DNA of 64,000 bases from Octopus sinensis (Eukaryota), in the NCBI RefSeq assembly GCF_006345805.1, contig NW_021834286.1, positions 1 to 64,000 on the forward strand, in the 5' to 3' direction. The translations under genes and the position numbers were made by a program. Below, in pieces: positions 43,705 through 58,145 of the stretch. Under the pieces are notes generated by a model. The model ran no database searches. It was not told where the DNA came from and saw nothing but the letters and a program-made list of their open reading frames with translations. How positions within the stretch are numbered: the first letter of the stretch is position 1; each line of letters begins with the position of its first letter.

Positions 43705-43874
43705 GCCTACATAAATACATACCTACATAAATACATACACACACACATATATATAATTTAACTGCACCAGAAATTGATCAATCCATATATTTCTTACTTG
43801 TCTTTCTAATTTATTTTGGTTGTATATTCTAGCTTATAATATGTGCAATAGGTAGTAACCCATCCAGGCCAAAT

Positions 43875-44050
43875 GATTAACGGCATTTTGTCCGTCCTTA
43901 CATACTGAGTTCAAATCCACTGAGGTCGATTTTGACTTTCACTTTTTTATTTCGAGGCTGATAATATAAGTACCAGTTGTACATTACAATCGATGAAATC
44001 GACTTATCCACTTCCCTGAAGATGCTGGACTTTTGCCAAAATATGAAATC
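43875..44050 (+). mobile_element. diverged SINE family C copy
   Basis: ctgagttcaaatcc..gaggtcgattttgactttca...gataatataagtaccagt...aatcgactt. Confidence 0.7.
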
Positions 44051-44726
44051 ATTATTTACAATTAGCAGCATATTAATTGCTTTTATTTGTATTTTTCAAC
44101 TTGTGTTCACTATTTATAACAGTCATACTCCGTAGATAAATACTTGGATAAATTCGCTCGTTGGACCCTTATTCTACCTCATCTGTTCTTAATTCCTATA
44201 ATGTCTGGCTGACTTCCTTATCAGTGTTTAACGATTAAGACAACTTGTCCTGGAGTACGTGTCAAAACATTATTCTAATATCATAGCTATAAAATTTTAA
44301 AGTCTTAGAATGTTTTGAAACTCCGTCTCGGATTTGGTTATGACTTCATGTCTTCTATATATGGGAAGTTAAGGGTCATCGTCTCTCTGATTTTGTAACC
44401 AGTCTCTTAACAATTTAGGACTGCACTTAATTTATCAAGAGAAAGGCCAAAAGTTTGTAGCGAAACTGATTCTCGGAATATCCACATTTACATAAAGTTT
44501 CGTGATTTTGCACTGCATTTGAATTCCAGTTTGTTATGCTACTTTTCAAGAATCCTATAATTATTGCTGACAATATATTCATCCCATTCAATTTACTGTC
44601 GATGAATGCAATTCTGTTATTCCATATATTTCCTATAGCGAATCCAAGTGCTGAATGTTGAAATAAAAGTACACAATTTACATTATTTACATTTGACGTA
44701 TATTTGTCCTCGTCTTGTTTGTTGTT

Positions 44727-44772
44727 AACACAACGTTTTGGCTGATACACGCTCCAGCCTTCATCAGGTGTC
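44727..44772 (-). ncRNA. hammerhead motif with G12-to-A substitution (probably inactive)
   Basis: gacac-CTGATGA-A-GGCTG...CAGCC-AAAA-CG-TT-gtgtt. Confidence 0.7.
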
Positions 44773-44847
44773 TTTGGGAAATTTCGAACCTGAGTTCTTA
44801 TTCCTAATGTATTCTTCGAAGTTTTATTATTATCATCAGCATCATCA

Positions 44848-44955
<108 letters not shown>

Positions 44956-44968
44956 GTCCACGTGCATA

Positions 44969-45023
44969 TGGCGTAGTGGTTAAGAGCGCGGACTACTAAG
45001 CCTAAGATTACTAGTTCGATTCT
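44969..45023 (+). promoter_or_regulatory. tRNA-type internal Pol III promoter (SINE head)
   Basis: A box TGGCGTAGTGG at 44969-44979; B-box-like AGTTCGATTCT at 45013-45023; tRNA-like spacing. Confidence 0.75.
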
Positions 45024-45032
45024 AAGCAGTGA

Positions 45033-45107
<75 letters not shown>

Positions 45108-45163
45108 CAATAGTAACATTGAAATACCTTAGGAATGAGAACCCGGGTTCGAAATTTCCCCAA

Positions 45164-45209
45164 GACACCTGATGAAGGCTGGAGGGTATATCAGCCGAAA
45201 CGTTGTGTT
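45164..45209 (+). ncRNA. minimal type-I hammerhead ribozyme with intact core
   Basis: gacac-CTGATGA-A-GGCTG gagggtatat CAGCC-GAAA-CG-TT-gtgtt: 5-bp stem I (one G-U), 5-bp stem II, loopless palindromic stem III ACGT, GUU triplet. Confidence 0.8.
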
Positions 45210-46268
45210 AACAACAAACAAGATGAGGCCAAATATATGTCAAATGTAAATAATGTAAATAATTCATCAGCTCTTAAATATACGTGCACAAGTTCTTTTA
45301 TTTCAGTATGCAGTCTCCCAATATCCTGTTCAATTGAAATCTCTCTTTACGGGCATAAGAAACTATTACGCACCACACCAACCACCTAGGTAGGATATTA
45401 TCTCTTTCATGATGCAGTTACGTCTTAAATGATGCTGATATTATAGCAATGCAGAAATTACAAATATAGATAGAGAGCATGTCGTTTTTAGAGCCATCCA
45501 TATGTATAGGTATTTGTAACAGGGTTGGCTTTCTTACATCAGCCATTTGATATTTAGGATGGACTCATTATTGCATTATTAAACCGGTTGGTTATATTTT
45601 AGTAGGAGATATATACAGGTGTTTTATGTAAAGTTCCGGAGTTTCTATACCCCAGATAACAACCAGTTACTTATATTTGATTCTGTTGTGTTTTCCGCTT
45701 TTTAAATATTTCCACTGTTTGTTAGGTGATTTAGCTTTTCTTTTGTCATATGGATTTATTTGTTTTATAGAATATTTCTCTGTTTCTTTCATTCTTAAGC
45801 TCTCCGTTGGTGAATAAATATATTTGAATACCGTCCCTTTAACTAAGCTGCAGTCCAGCATAAAACGATACGTGGTTGAACATCAGGCATTGGCAATGTT
45901 ACAACGCGTTTCGGTAATTGAACAATAGGATCGGAGACACATTGAACTGAGAAGATTAAGAAATTTTAGAGAATAAATAATCTAATAATTTACAATATTC
46001 ATCGACGAGTGCCCAATTCTAAGGAGTAGGAAAATTTGGGGGTCCTCAACGGGGAACATCTGAATGGTTCCTTTACCAGAATACAAGTATGATGTATTCT
46101 ACTGAAGACTAATTAGAGCTTAGAAAACACTTGGTCTTGCAGTGCTACAGATTGCCTTTGTCATTTAAAGGAAAACTCTACGGACACTTCAGTGTCCTCA
46201 ACTGGGCCGCCCCAAGATATCCGTAGACACACTTTCACCAGTACTACATCAATGACTAGAGAAATAAT

Positions 46269-46656
46269 TCTACTCTAGGCACACGGCCAGAAATCTTTGG
46301 GGAGGGGGCCAGTCGATTAGATTGACCCCAGTACGCAACTTAAATTATCGACATCGAAATGATGAAAGGCAAAGTCGACCTCGGCGGAATTTGAACTCAG
46401 AGCGTAGCGGCAGAGGGAATACCTATTTCTTTACTACCCACAAGGGGCTAAATACAGAGAGAAGAAACAAGAACAGACAAACGGATTAAGTCGATTACAT
46501 CGACCCCAGTGCGTAACTGGTACTTAATTTATCGATCCCGAAAGGATGAAAGGCAAAATTGACCTCGGCAGAATTTGAACTCAGACGTAACGGCAGACGA
46601 AATACCAAAACGCATTTCGCCTTGCGTGCTAACGTTTCTGCCAGCATACGGCCTTG
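46269..46656 (-). mobile_element. dimeric SINE family C element with 16-bp TSD
   Basis: Head, core, tail 1, second core, tail 2; flanked by TGACTAGAGAAATAAT (46253-46268) and TGACTAGAAAAATAAT (46657-46672). Confidence 0.9.
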
Positions 46657-47340
46657 TGACTAGAAAAATAATGACGGAAAACTGCTTTCGCGTTTAGAAT
46701 CGATCTGGATGCTAACAGAACACATGACACTAATCGCCCAGTCCTCATCCTTTCGTTAGAGATGCCAATTAGTTTTTTCTCCGATTAGTACCTATGGCAA
46801 AAAATGTTCTCGGACGAAATTGACTTGGATAAAGGTAATTAATTTTCTTACTTGTTCAAATCATATAAACCCCATCAACAAGCATTTCAAAAAGAGGCGG
46901 AGTAAAGAAGAAATTTCTATGGCAGTTGAGAGTGACGATCCTGGTGTGACGACAAGGTTTCAATTTTTATTTTTAAATTCTTAGTACTGGAAATTCGAAA
47001 TGCTTTTGTACTGAGAACTCATTATGGAACGGAAAAGTATTTGATGCTGGTCCACGTGATAATATACTTATGAGAAAATATAGAGTTTCTCTTCATTTTT
47101 CTTATTTTTATGTTTTAAATAGTTCTCTTTGCACTTCATGTAACCACACACATCTAATGCATTTGCAACCAGTGTTTGTAATATCCTTCATTTGTCTATT
47201 TTATGGAAAATAAAGAACCGTTTGGTATTATATTGCTGTTTGTGTTATTATCATTATTAATTTTATTATTATCATCATCATTATCATCATCGTCATCATC
47301 ATCATCATCATCATCGTTATCATCATCATTATTATTATTA

Positions 47341-47410
<70 letters not shown>

Positions 47411-47435
47411 CATTATTATCATTATTATTATTATT

Positions 47436-47621
47436 GAGTGAGAGAGCAGTGCCTGCCATCAAAGTGACACTGGGGTAAAATATACGAAGCCCAATATACC
47501 CATCATGACTACCCGTCTGATAAAGGTACACCAGGCACATACATCACAACCATATGTGCGCGACATGGTGATCTCATATCAAGATAAACAGCACATGACC
47601 TTGCAGGTGGGGCCCAGTTAG
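47436..47621 (-). mobile_element. family D element, 5'-truncated, in (TTA)n
   Basis: Matches the 3' part of the 15077-15578 and 47749-48300 copies. Confidence 0.88.
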
Positions 47622-47699
47622 ATTATTATTATTATTATTATTACTATTATTATTATTATTATTATTATTATATTATTATTATTATTATTATTATGATTA

Positions 47700-47748
<49 letters not shown>

Positions 47749-48300
47749 GATTGAGCGAGCAGAGCATGCCATCAAAGTGACACTGGGGTAAAATATACGA
47801 AGCCCAGTATACCCATCATGACTACCCGTCCGATAAGGGAACACCAGACACATGCATCACAACCATATGTGCGCGACATAGTGATCTCATATCAAGATAA
47901 ACAGCACATGACCTTGCAGGTGGAGCCCAGTTAGAATTTTCTTCAGATCGAGTAACCCATCCCGCTCAAAAGGTCCCTGAATAAGGGCTGTCCAAGGACG
48001 TTGAACGAAATACCCATGTTTCCAGAGGTGAATTATTCAAACCCCAAAGAATCCCTCTCAACACATGACTATGATGCTCCCCCACTACTTCTGCTCATGA
48101 TCAGAGATGCACATATCGTCAGCCACTAAGGGAGATGCTCAACTGGTTAAGGTCAAACAACTGACAAGCAAATCTGTGGTATTGAGCAGAATATTTGCTG
48201 TAGCCCATCTTTTATACCAAGACAAAACAATGTACATAACACTTCCAATAAGTTAAGATCAGAAGCCATGAGAGCCACTGCCTGGTACTGCATCAGGCAT
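47749..48300 (-). mobile_element. family D element, longest copy, in (TTA)n
   Basis: About 550 bp, extends further 5' than the 15077 copy; flanked by (TTA)n. Confidence 0.88.
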
Positions 48301-48323
48301 ATATTATTATTATTATTATTATA

Positions 48324-48382
<59 letters not shown>

Positions 48383-48399
48383 CATCATCATCAGAAATG

Positions 48400-48530
48400 T
48401 GTGAGCTGGCAGAGTTGTTAGAGTCTCTAAAACCACTCCTCGAGTCATTTGTTCCGGTTCTTTACATTCTGAGTTCAAATTTCGCTAACTTCACCAATTC
48501 TTTCCTTTCTTTCGGGGTTGGTAAATAAAC
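48400..48530 (+). mobile_element. SINE family C 5' fragment
   Basis: gtgagctggcagagttgttag...ttctgagttcaaattt...ctttcgggg. Confidence 0.65.
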
Positions 48531-50723
48531 TAGTGGTTACATTCTGAACTGACTCTTATACGGTTATCACCTTTGTTTCTCATTACGAGGTGAAAATAAA
48601 CAGAGAAGTAACCAACAATAACATGTACTCAGATAGGGTTGTTTGGGTCTTCGGTGTCTTCATGAGCCCCGAAGACAACAGAACTGATCCTGAACCAGAC
48701 CTAATCACGGGAGAAGAACGGACAGTTATGTTAATGAGGCAGGCCAGAAAATCTCCGGGTAGGAATCTTAACTAAGGCAGACTGCTTGAGAATATGAGGT
48801 TTTTCCTATTCAAAAGATGGAAAAAATAGGGAAAAGTAAGATGCAGCGGCGTATAGTAAGAACAACCCCAGACTACTGAAACATAAAGAGCAGAAAGAAA
48901 TATATTGTTTGCTACGACCAGCACTGCTGCCATTCTCTATTCCACTAGTGGTCACGTCGAGGATGATCGACGCAGAAACAGAAACAAGATCGTTTCAGAC
49001 GAAGCAATATCACCATCTTTCAGCACATATTCAGTAAAAGACTCTGACAAGCAGTTCAACCTCATCGTTTTCTCGTTATATCTGTTGTCTCAGTAATGCT
49101 ATTATTCTTCATATTTCATTACCACGCGTAAAAATCACGAATTTTCCAAATATAATTGCTCTGAAAAACAATTCTTTTTGAATTCATTCTGACACATTCA
49201 GTGATAACAAATAGTAGCTGTTCCGGCTGTTGGAACAGTTTAGACATGTCTTCTAGGCTTTCACACAGTTTTTCTTATTGGCGGGTATCTCTAATTCCAT
49301 TCTACTCTTCCACTAACATTAAGGGTTGTAAGTTTTGAAAGAACACATTTTAAGCAGTCTCAAGAATACTACCGCATTTCTCCGGTTGGTGCACAGAAAG
49401 GTTGCCGACGTCCTGCACCAAACACAATTCATGAAGATCGTCTAAAACACTACTTTCACCTATTCACCATGTGACAGACTAAGAGTAACAAACACCTCGT
49501 AGTAAAAAGAAACGGCGGTGAGTTGTAGGTGCATATAAGAACGCAACGAGAAAATTTAAACAAAAGAGTAGGACTGCCAAAAATTAATTCTCAAAACACC
49601 CAAAAGAAAGATTACTAGTAAAGAGAACGTTAAGTTTCTAGAAGACATAGTGTGATAAATTGGCAAGCAGCGAAAGGATTTTCTGTGAGACTGTTTTAAT
49701 AAGCACTGTTAAGGTAACTCCGGCAATTGCCGAGCAGGCCATTTTATCCGCCTTTCTTGAAGACGAAGGTAAATTGTCAATCATTTTTTTCTCCAACGGA
49801 AGTGATTTATGAAGCGTAAATGTATGAGGTTTGGCTCTACTTCAAAGTAAGTTCACTTGCTGAAGAAACTTAGGTGAATAGATACAGACGCAGAGGCTAT
49901 CAGTGAGACTAGGGTTTCATAGGCATGGGGTTCCGGGCGTCCAGCGACCATCTTAGACAATTATTACATGCACCATTAATAAATAGTGATTAATGATATA
50001 CGAGGGAGAAAATTAACAGAAAGTATTACGAAAGACATCGAAACCGACTTCCTAGCAGCAAAAAATATTCCTGAACCATAATCTCATCGAGAAATGCGAA
50101 AGTTGCTCTGCCAAAGGTAAGTTGGTCACTATACAACACAATAAACGGAAATGTTTTAGATGAAGACATATGACAGAACCTCATCACGGACCAAGACATG
50201 CAATAAATATATGTGTAGTTTTGCGACGACACTTTGCTAAATTATTCTAGATGAGCTGTAAACCGAACTCAGTAGATGATATTAATGACTTCTTAATGGG
50301 TGCCGTGGTTCTCGGTGAAAGATAGGAGGATTCTCACACTGTTATCGCTTTTTCAGAGTACCTGGCACTACATCTGCCAATTTACAGCAACTCCGAGATT
50401 TGTGAGAGAGAGAGAGGAAGGTATCCTGAACTAAGAGTCCTGGCTTTTGGGGACCGAGAGGAAGAACATCCTTAGGGATTGTTTAGATGTGGTATGTGTC
50501 ATTTTATAGCACGTGACTCTCTAATGCATTGCACTTGTCTTTACTTGGCCAGATTCGATCGTCTGATGTCTCATTATTTGTAGGAAAGAAACGGTCCTAT
50601 GATCAGGACCCTCAGCTTTCAATAGCCTCTGTAGGTTTGTAGTCAGTAAGCCGTGGCTGACACTCGCGCAGGTGTTGTAAGATTGCACAGCCTATAGACA
50701 CACTCACTAGTACTGCTGCAGCA

Positions 50724-50780
<57 letters not shown>

Positions 50781-50799
50781 GCTGCTGCTGCTGCTACTT

Positions 50800-50885
50800 A
50801 TTTCTTTATTGCCTACAAGGGGCTAAACATAGAGGAGACAAACAAGGACAGACAAAGGGATTAAGTCGATTATATTGACCCCAGT
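50800..50885 (-). mobile_element. SINE family C 3' fragment (tail type 1)
   Basis: tttctttattgcctacaagggggctaaacatagag...ggattaagtcgattatattgaccccagt matches 46425-46510. Confidence 0.8.
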
Positions 50886-50889
50886 GGTA

Positions 50890-51480
50890 AATAATGAAGG
50901 TAAATACTGAATGCATTTAGAATGAACTTGCCAAAATCTGACACTCAAAACTGATTATCAGAAATGCAATGCTTCATACAGCTAGAACAATTTTACAAAG
51001 AATATTCATGGTTACATTACGAAAATCTCTTGGACAGAATGATGGAGAATAATTAAAATCTGATACGAGTCATGTACCTAACAAAACTTATTTTCTGTCT
51101 TCAAGGAGAAAAAAAAAGCTGCGATAAATAATGGCTATGAGAAAAACAGAAAAGCGACAACAGAAATCGTAAAGCTGGTAAAGTCTAAATTAAAAGTAGA
51201 CTACAAAATGCAACGGAAATATATGGCAAGAAATGAACGTGTATTGAGAACAATAGAAAAACTTGAACGTAGTGAATGTAAACCCCCAAAAATCCCGACA
51301 AACTCGGGCTGATGTCAAGATAGGGGCTGCAGACGTCTTCATTGTGGCACAGGAGCAAGGTCATCAAAAGAAAAAAAAACGGATGTAATGGAGAAAGATA
51401 CAGAAAGTGCAGAATATATGGAGACGGGGAAGGAAGGTTTAAGCAAACTATCATTAACTCACTAGTATAAGCCAAGACAG
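50890..51480 (+). mobile_element. decayed R4/Dong-type LINE fragment (thumb to knuckle region)
   Basis: DVFIVAQEQ (cf. EGFI.AAQDQ), RKCRIYGDGE (cf. KCRLCG..E). Confidence 0.5.
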
Positions 51481-51983
51481 GCAAAGCGGAATGCCTACGT
51501 ATATACAGTGATTATTATGCCAGGACTGTGAGACAGCAAGAAACACCAGATTGTAGGAACATATATGAATTGGAGCGGCATAGATGAAACCATATATATA
51601 TGCATGTATGTATAGAATCATATGTGTATGTGTAGTATGTATGTACATATGTATATATATATATACTTATATATATATATAGAGAGAGAGAGATAGATAT
51701 ATATTGATACACACATATATATATATTATATATATACATACATACATACATACACAAATACATACACATACAGACATTCATATACATATATACTTATATA
51801 TGAACACATATCTCGGCGTATACATATATAGCTATATATATGCGTACACAGTTGCAGATGTGTCTGTGTATATATATATATATATATATTATATATTATA
51901 TATATATATGCTCATGCATACTATACACATACAGCCTTCTATACGTACATACATGCATATATGTGTGTATGCATGCATATGTG

Positions 51984-52014
<31 letters not shown>

Positions 52015-52664
52015 GGAGAAAGAAAGTGAGAGAGAAAGAGATGTGTGTTTATGTGCGTGTATGCATGTGCGTTTGTGTGTGAGAGAGAGTGAGGGGAGCT
52101 TCATGAGTGCAAGTATTTATATACGCATACAGACAGATACATACAACATATGAAACATTCTATTGTCGTGTCTGAACAGTAGAAGAAACATCTACGAAGA
52201 CTACCAAAGACTACTCAAAACGCCAGCATTGTCTTCAGAGAAATACTTCCAGATCATTAACTATCTTATTTGAAATTTTAAACGACAATGGCAGAATGAA
52301 TTTTTACCAGCTACAGTAATATCATTGCTAAATGACTTCTCATGATTCGGATGACGAAGATGCTGTATGCTTGAAGAAAAAATTTATTATAGCAATGGTC
52401 AGGTGATAAGCTAATGAGGTCATGATACAGAGTGCGTATTTTATTCAAAACACTAATGATGATGTTACTGTCAAATAAAGCTCTTTGCGACGATCCTTGG
52501 ATATGTTAATATTCTAAAGGCTGATTGCCCTATGCGTATGAACAAAACGCTACATGTATGAGAGATGAATACAGCAGATAAATTTACGAGGCAAATGCCA
52601 GAATATAGACCACCGTATATGTTAATCCTTGTAGACACACATACATTTGAATGCAGCTATATGC

Positions 52665-52695
<31 letters not shown>

Positions 52696-53024
52696 TATGC
52701 AGTTATTAAAATTATATATTCAAATTCATATATACTCACACGCGCGCGCGCTTATATTCGGTAGGCTTCTTCCAGTTTCCATTTACTAAATCTGCACATG
52801 TATGTAAGTGTGTATGCATGTACGTATGTATATAAAGTACAGGAATAGGAATTTGAAGTACGGGTGGGTATCTTATGAGAATTCGAATACAATCCAGATC
52901 TAGCAAACCACACAGAAAGGCAGAGGACATTTAGAGTTATTCAAATAAACAAGATAATGTACTTCATTCCATAAATATGTCCTGATTTCACTGAATTAGA
53001 TTTCATATAGAATACAGAGTATCT

Positions 53025-53130
<106 letters not shown>

Positions 53131-53359
53131 TATACATATATATACACACACATATATATATATAATATATATATATATCTATATACACATATATATACAC
53201 ACATATATATATACATATTTATATACATATATATATACATACATATATATACATATGTATATATACATATATATATACATATAAATATGTATGTGTGTGC
53301 ATTATGTATATTTGGATGCATATGTTTGTAAGTATGCATAAGTTTGTGTATATATATGA

Positions 53360-54090
53360 ATGCATAAAACCACTATTAGGCAAATGAAACAGTGAAAGAC
53401 ATAAACCAAAATATAGAAATAAAATTAATTAATATAATATACAAAATATATAAAATATAAAATTCAAAATTAAATTCTTTAAATTTAAAGTTAAAAATTT
53501 TAAATTACTAATATATATTTATAAATTTATATATATATATATATTTTTTAATTAAATATATATAACTATCAAAAAGTATTGAAAAGCTTGATATAAGATA
53601 AAAAGTAAAACCACTACGATCGTTTCATGCCTATAACCTAATTCGAATAACAATAATTTAAGTTCAATTAATAATTCGAATTATGGTTATAGTCAATCTT
53701 CAGGTTAATAATAATAGTTAAATAAATAATCAAATATATTTAAACAATATTTTTCTAAGAAATAAATAAAATAATAATTTTTCTTATAAAATACTCTATT
53801 ATCAAACTAGAAACTTTAACGATTATGATTATGTCATACAATCGATTATAAAGTTAAATATTAATTTTTAAGTTAAGGATAGATAGAAAATGTATTTATT
53901 ATTCAGATATAATATGGTTTAAAAAAAACATAATAAACTCACAAATAATCTAATCTCAGTTATAGTCGATATATAATTAGCTAAATATTTAATAATCAAA
54001 AATAAAAAAAAATCACTATTCATATTATTAAATTTTATTTCATATCAAATAATTATATAATATTTAAATAAAAACTAAATTATCAATGGA
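53360..54090 (-). mobile_element. extremely AT-rich Penelope-like pLTR-derived segment with a long-stem-II hammerhead motif (53611-53708)
   Basis: Minus strand CTGAAGA-ttgactataaccataattcgaat...attcgaattaggttataggcat-GAAA-CGATCG-TA-gtgg: roughly 20-bp imperfect stem II, palindromic ACGATCGT stem III, weak stem I. Confidence 0.65.
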
Positions 54091-54149
54091 TATATATATT
54101 ATATATTATATATATTTAATTTATATTTATATTTATACTGTAAAATTGG

Positions 54150-54253
54150 AGACGGAAGCACACCAATATCAGTTGTCACGCAATGGTGAGGGGTAATATA
54201 CTGACCTAAAATCACACACTCACAAATATATGTATATATATATATATATATAT

Positions 54254-54291
<38 letters not shown>

Positions 54292-54306
54292 TATATATAT
54301 AATATA

Positions 54307-54339
<33 letters not shown>

Positions 54340-54440
54340 CGTGTTTGTTTCAGTTGCCATCTACCTAATTCACTCACAGGACTTTGGATGGCCTGAGGGT
54401 ATAATGGAAGACACTTGCCTTATATGCGACAAAGAGGGAC
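54150..54440 (-). mobile_element. degenerate SINE family A with expanded internal (TA)n
   Basis: gacggaagcacaccaatatcagttgtcacgcaatggtg...ttcagttgccatctacctaattcactcacaggactttgg...gaagacacttgcc. Confidence 0.7.
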
Positions 54441-55386
54441 TCATATATATTCCTTGTATAAGCTTATCTATATCTATATCTATATCTCCATCTATCTGTC
54501 TATTTATCTCTCTATCTACCTATCACCCGATCTATCTATTTATTTATGTATATACATACATATATATATATATATAATATATATTATATAATATATATAT
54601 ATATGCATATACGTATATACATATATTACATACATAGATATTGATATATATAATATATATATATATATACATATATATACATATATATATGAATGCATTA
54701 CATATATGTGTATATATATATATATACACACACTTTTACATATGTATATATGCATGATGCTATGTATATATGTATATATAAAAATATATGTATATATACA
54801 TATATATACATACATATATATCCACACACCGACATATATATATATATATATCTATATATATATCTGTATACATACCTACATATATATATAATATATATGT
54901 TTGTATGTATATATATATATATATATATATATGTCTGAGTGTACGTCAGTCTAGGTGTATAAGCATATATATAAATGCTTATAACCGGAAAGCAAAATAT
55001 GCTTGCAGGCTGCTAGAGGTAAAAATGGATGCAGAAGATATGTTGCAGATAATATTCCTTTCAAACAACATCCATGGATATGTATCGATGTATCCAGTGG
55101 GCTACTGCTATGCCAAAAAAAAAAAAGGAAAAAAAGAAAAACAAAAGATTAAAAAATATGGAAGAGAAGACGGGGGACTCTGCGCGGCAACAATAAAAAG
55201 CTGTTATGAGGATATTCTGATGCAACAGGCTTACGTACATATGGAGACTGGTGGTTGAAATATTTATATAAGTATACAACGAAATATATAAAGATGACTA
55301 TATATGTGTGTGAGCGTGCATTTGCGTCTGTGTGTATGTGTGGTGTGTGTCTTACATGTATTTGATTTTTGTGGTGTATATGAGTG

Positions 55387-55422
<36 letters not shown>

Positions 55423-55454
55423 ATGTATCTATATATATACATATATATATATAC

Positions 55455-55521
<67 letters not shown>

Positions 55522-56000
55522 GTGTGTGTGTGTTAGCATTTCGTAATATATATCAACTTAAATGTGATGTGGATTCACAAAAAAAACGTATGACCAAATT
55601 ATACACACCCACACTCACGCACACTCAAACACATTTACTCAACGCGCGGTACATACACACTAACATAAAAATATACACACCTATATGTATATATATGTAT
55701 ATATCAATGTATCTATCTCTGTATATAGATACATATATATATATGTGTGTGTGTGTATTCATGTATATATGTATGTATGTATGTATATGCGTGCACTGCG
55801 TATGTATGTACAGATATATACATATCTAATTATATGTAAATGCACACATACATATATATATATATATATTCATATATGTATGAATATGTATGAGATATAT
55901 ACATATATACATATGTACATATAGATATCGATATGTATGTATAACCATAATATGCATGTAATTGATTGTGTATACAGCTACGCATATACATACATGTACA

Positions 56001-56046
<46 letters not shown>

Positions 56047-56467
56047 GTTGTGTGTGTGTGTGTGTATGTATATAGATAAATATATACACGTATATATATA
56101 ATATATATGTATGTGTGTATATATATATACATACATACATACATAAATATATATATATGAATGCGCTGTGCGACATTTTAAGTCACATCTGGACAACCGG
56201 CATTTGTTTGTTAACATTCTCATCTAGTGCCCCACAATGGGAGAACCAGACAAAATAATATGTGTTTAGTGTCATTTTATCAATTAAAACTTAATGGACG
56301 TCTCCCAGCAGAGAAGCTTGATAGTGATTGCGAAGGAAAATGTATAACAATATAATATAATACACACCTGTAACTACCTTTCCAAGTCTTTATCTATCTA
56401 TCTATATATATATATATCTATATATATATATATCTATATATATATATATTCTATATATATATATATC

Positions 56468-56499
<32 letters not shown>

Positions 56500-57124
56500 A
56501 TATATATAATATATATATATATACATATATATATGTATATATATATATACACACACACACATATATATTATATATATATTTATTCATCTCTTCATATATC
56601 TCTGCTTTTATATATGCAAGTATAGATTTATAAGTGTGTATACTTATCTATATATGTATGTATGTATGTAGGTACGTAATTTTATTCATGCATCGACACA
56701 TATCACATACATGTACATGTATAGTTATGTAGCCACAAGAAAGACCTGCCGAATATGTTGATAGGCAATCTTATATATCATAGATAAAAGCATATATATT
56801 AAACATAACACGTGTGAGTTATGTATAGCGAGAGGCGGACTCTAGTTACAAAATGGCTTGTTGCATAAATCTATGCATATTATGTAAATTACAAACAGGT
56901 TATATATAGCGGCCGGTTTGGTAATGTATTATCACATGCATCGATGCTACGACACACATACACACACACACACAAACACGCACGTGCTAGCAGAATTGCT
57001 CACACGCGCGCAGACACACACACATTCACACATATATGTATATATACACATACATAATCACACACACACATATGTATATACATATGTGTATATATATATA
57101 CTATATATATATATATATATATAG

Positions 57125-57162
<38 letters not shown>

Positions 57163-57637
57163 TAGCATTTCGTAATATATATCAACTTAAATGTGATGTG
57201 GATTCACAAAAAAAACGTATGACCAAATTATACACACCCACACTCACGCACACTCAAACACATTTACTCAACGCGCGTGTACATACACACTAACATAAAA
57301 ATATACACACCTATATGTATATATATGTATATATCAATGTATCTATCTCTGTATATAGATACATATATATATATGTGTGTGTGTGTGTATTCATGTATAT
57401 ATGTATGTATGTATGTATATGCGTGCACTGCGTATGTATGTACAGATATATACATATCTAATTATATGTAAATGCACACATACATATATATATATATATA
57501 TTCATATATGTATGAATATGTATAGATATATACATATATACATATGTACATATAGATATCGATATGTATGTATAACCATAATATGCATGTAATTGATTGT
57601 GTATACAGCTACGCATATACATACATGTACATATATG

Positions 57638-57673
<36 letters not shown>

Positions 57674-58040
57674 CTATATGTCTGTGTGTGTGTGTGTGTA
57701 TGTATATAGATAAATATATACACGTATATATATAATATATATGTATGTGTGTATTATATATACATACATACATACATAAATATATATATATGAATGCGCT
57801 GTGCGACAATTTTAAGTCACATCTGGACAACCGGCATTTGTTTGTTAACATTCTCATCTAGTGCCCCACAATGGGAGAACCAGACAAAATAATATGTGTT
57901 TAGTGTCATTTTATCAATTAAAACTTAATGGACGTCTCCCAGCAGAGAAGCTTGATAGTGATTGCGAAGGAAAATGTATAACAATATAATATAATACACA
58001 CCTGTAACTACCTTTCCAAGTCTTTATCTATCTATCTATC

Positions 58041-58087
<47 letters not shown>

Positions 58088-58114
58088 ATCTATCTATCTA
58101 TCTATCTATCTATC

Positions 58115-58145
<31 letters not shown>

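Noticed and set aside
45898-45940. Minus-strand GAAA-CGCG-TT palindrome
   Set aside because: No CUGANGA core; lies within the Gypsy RT remnant
53360-54090. Possible mitochondrial insertion (NUMT), given the extreme AT content
   Set aside because: No recognisable mitochondrial gene or tRNA; the HHR motif favours a Penelope origin
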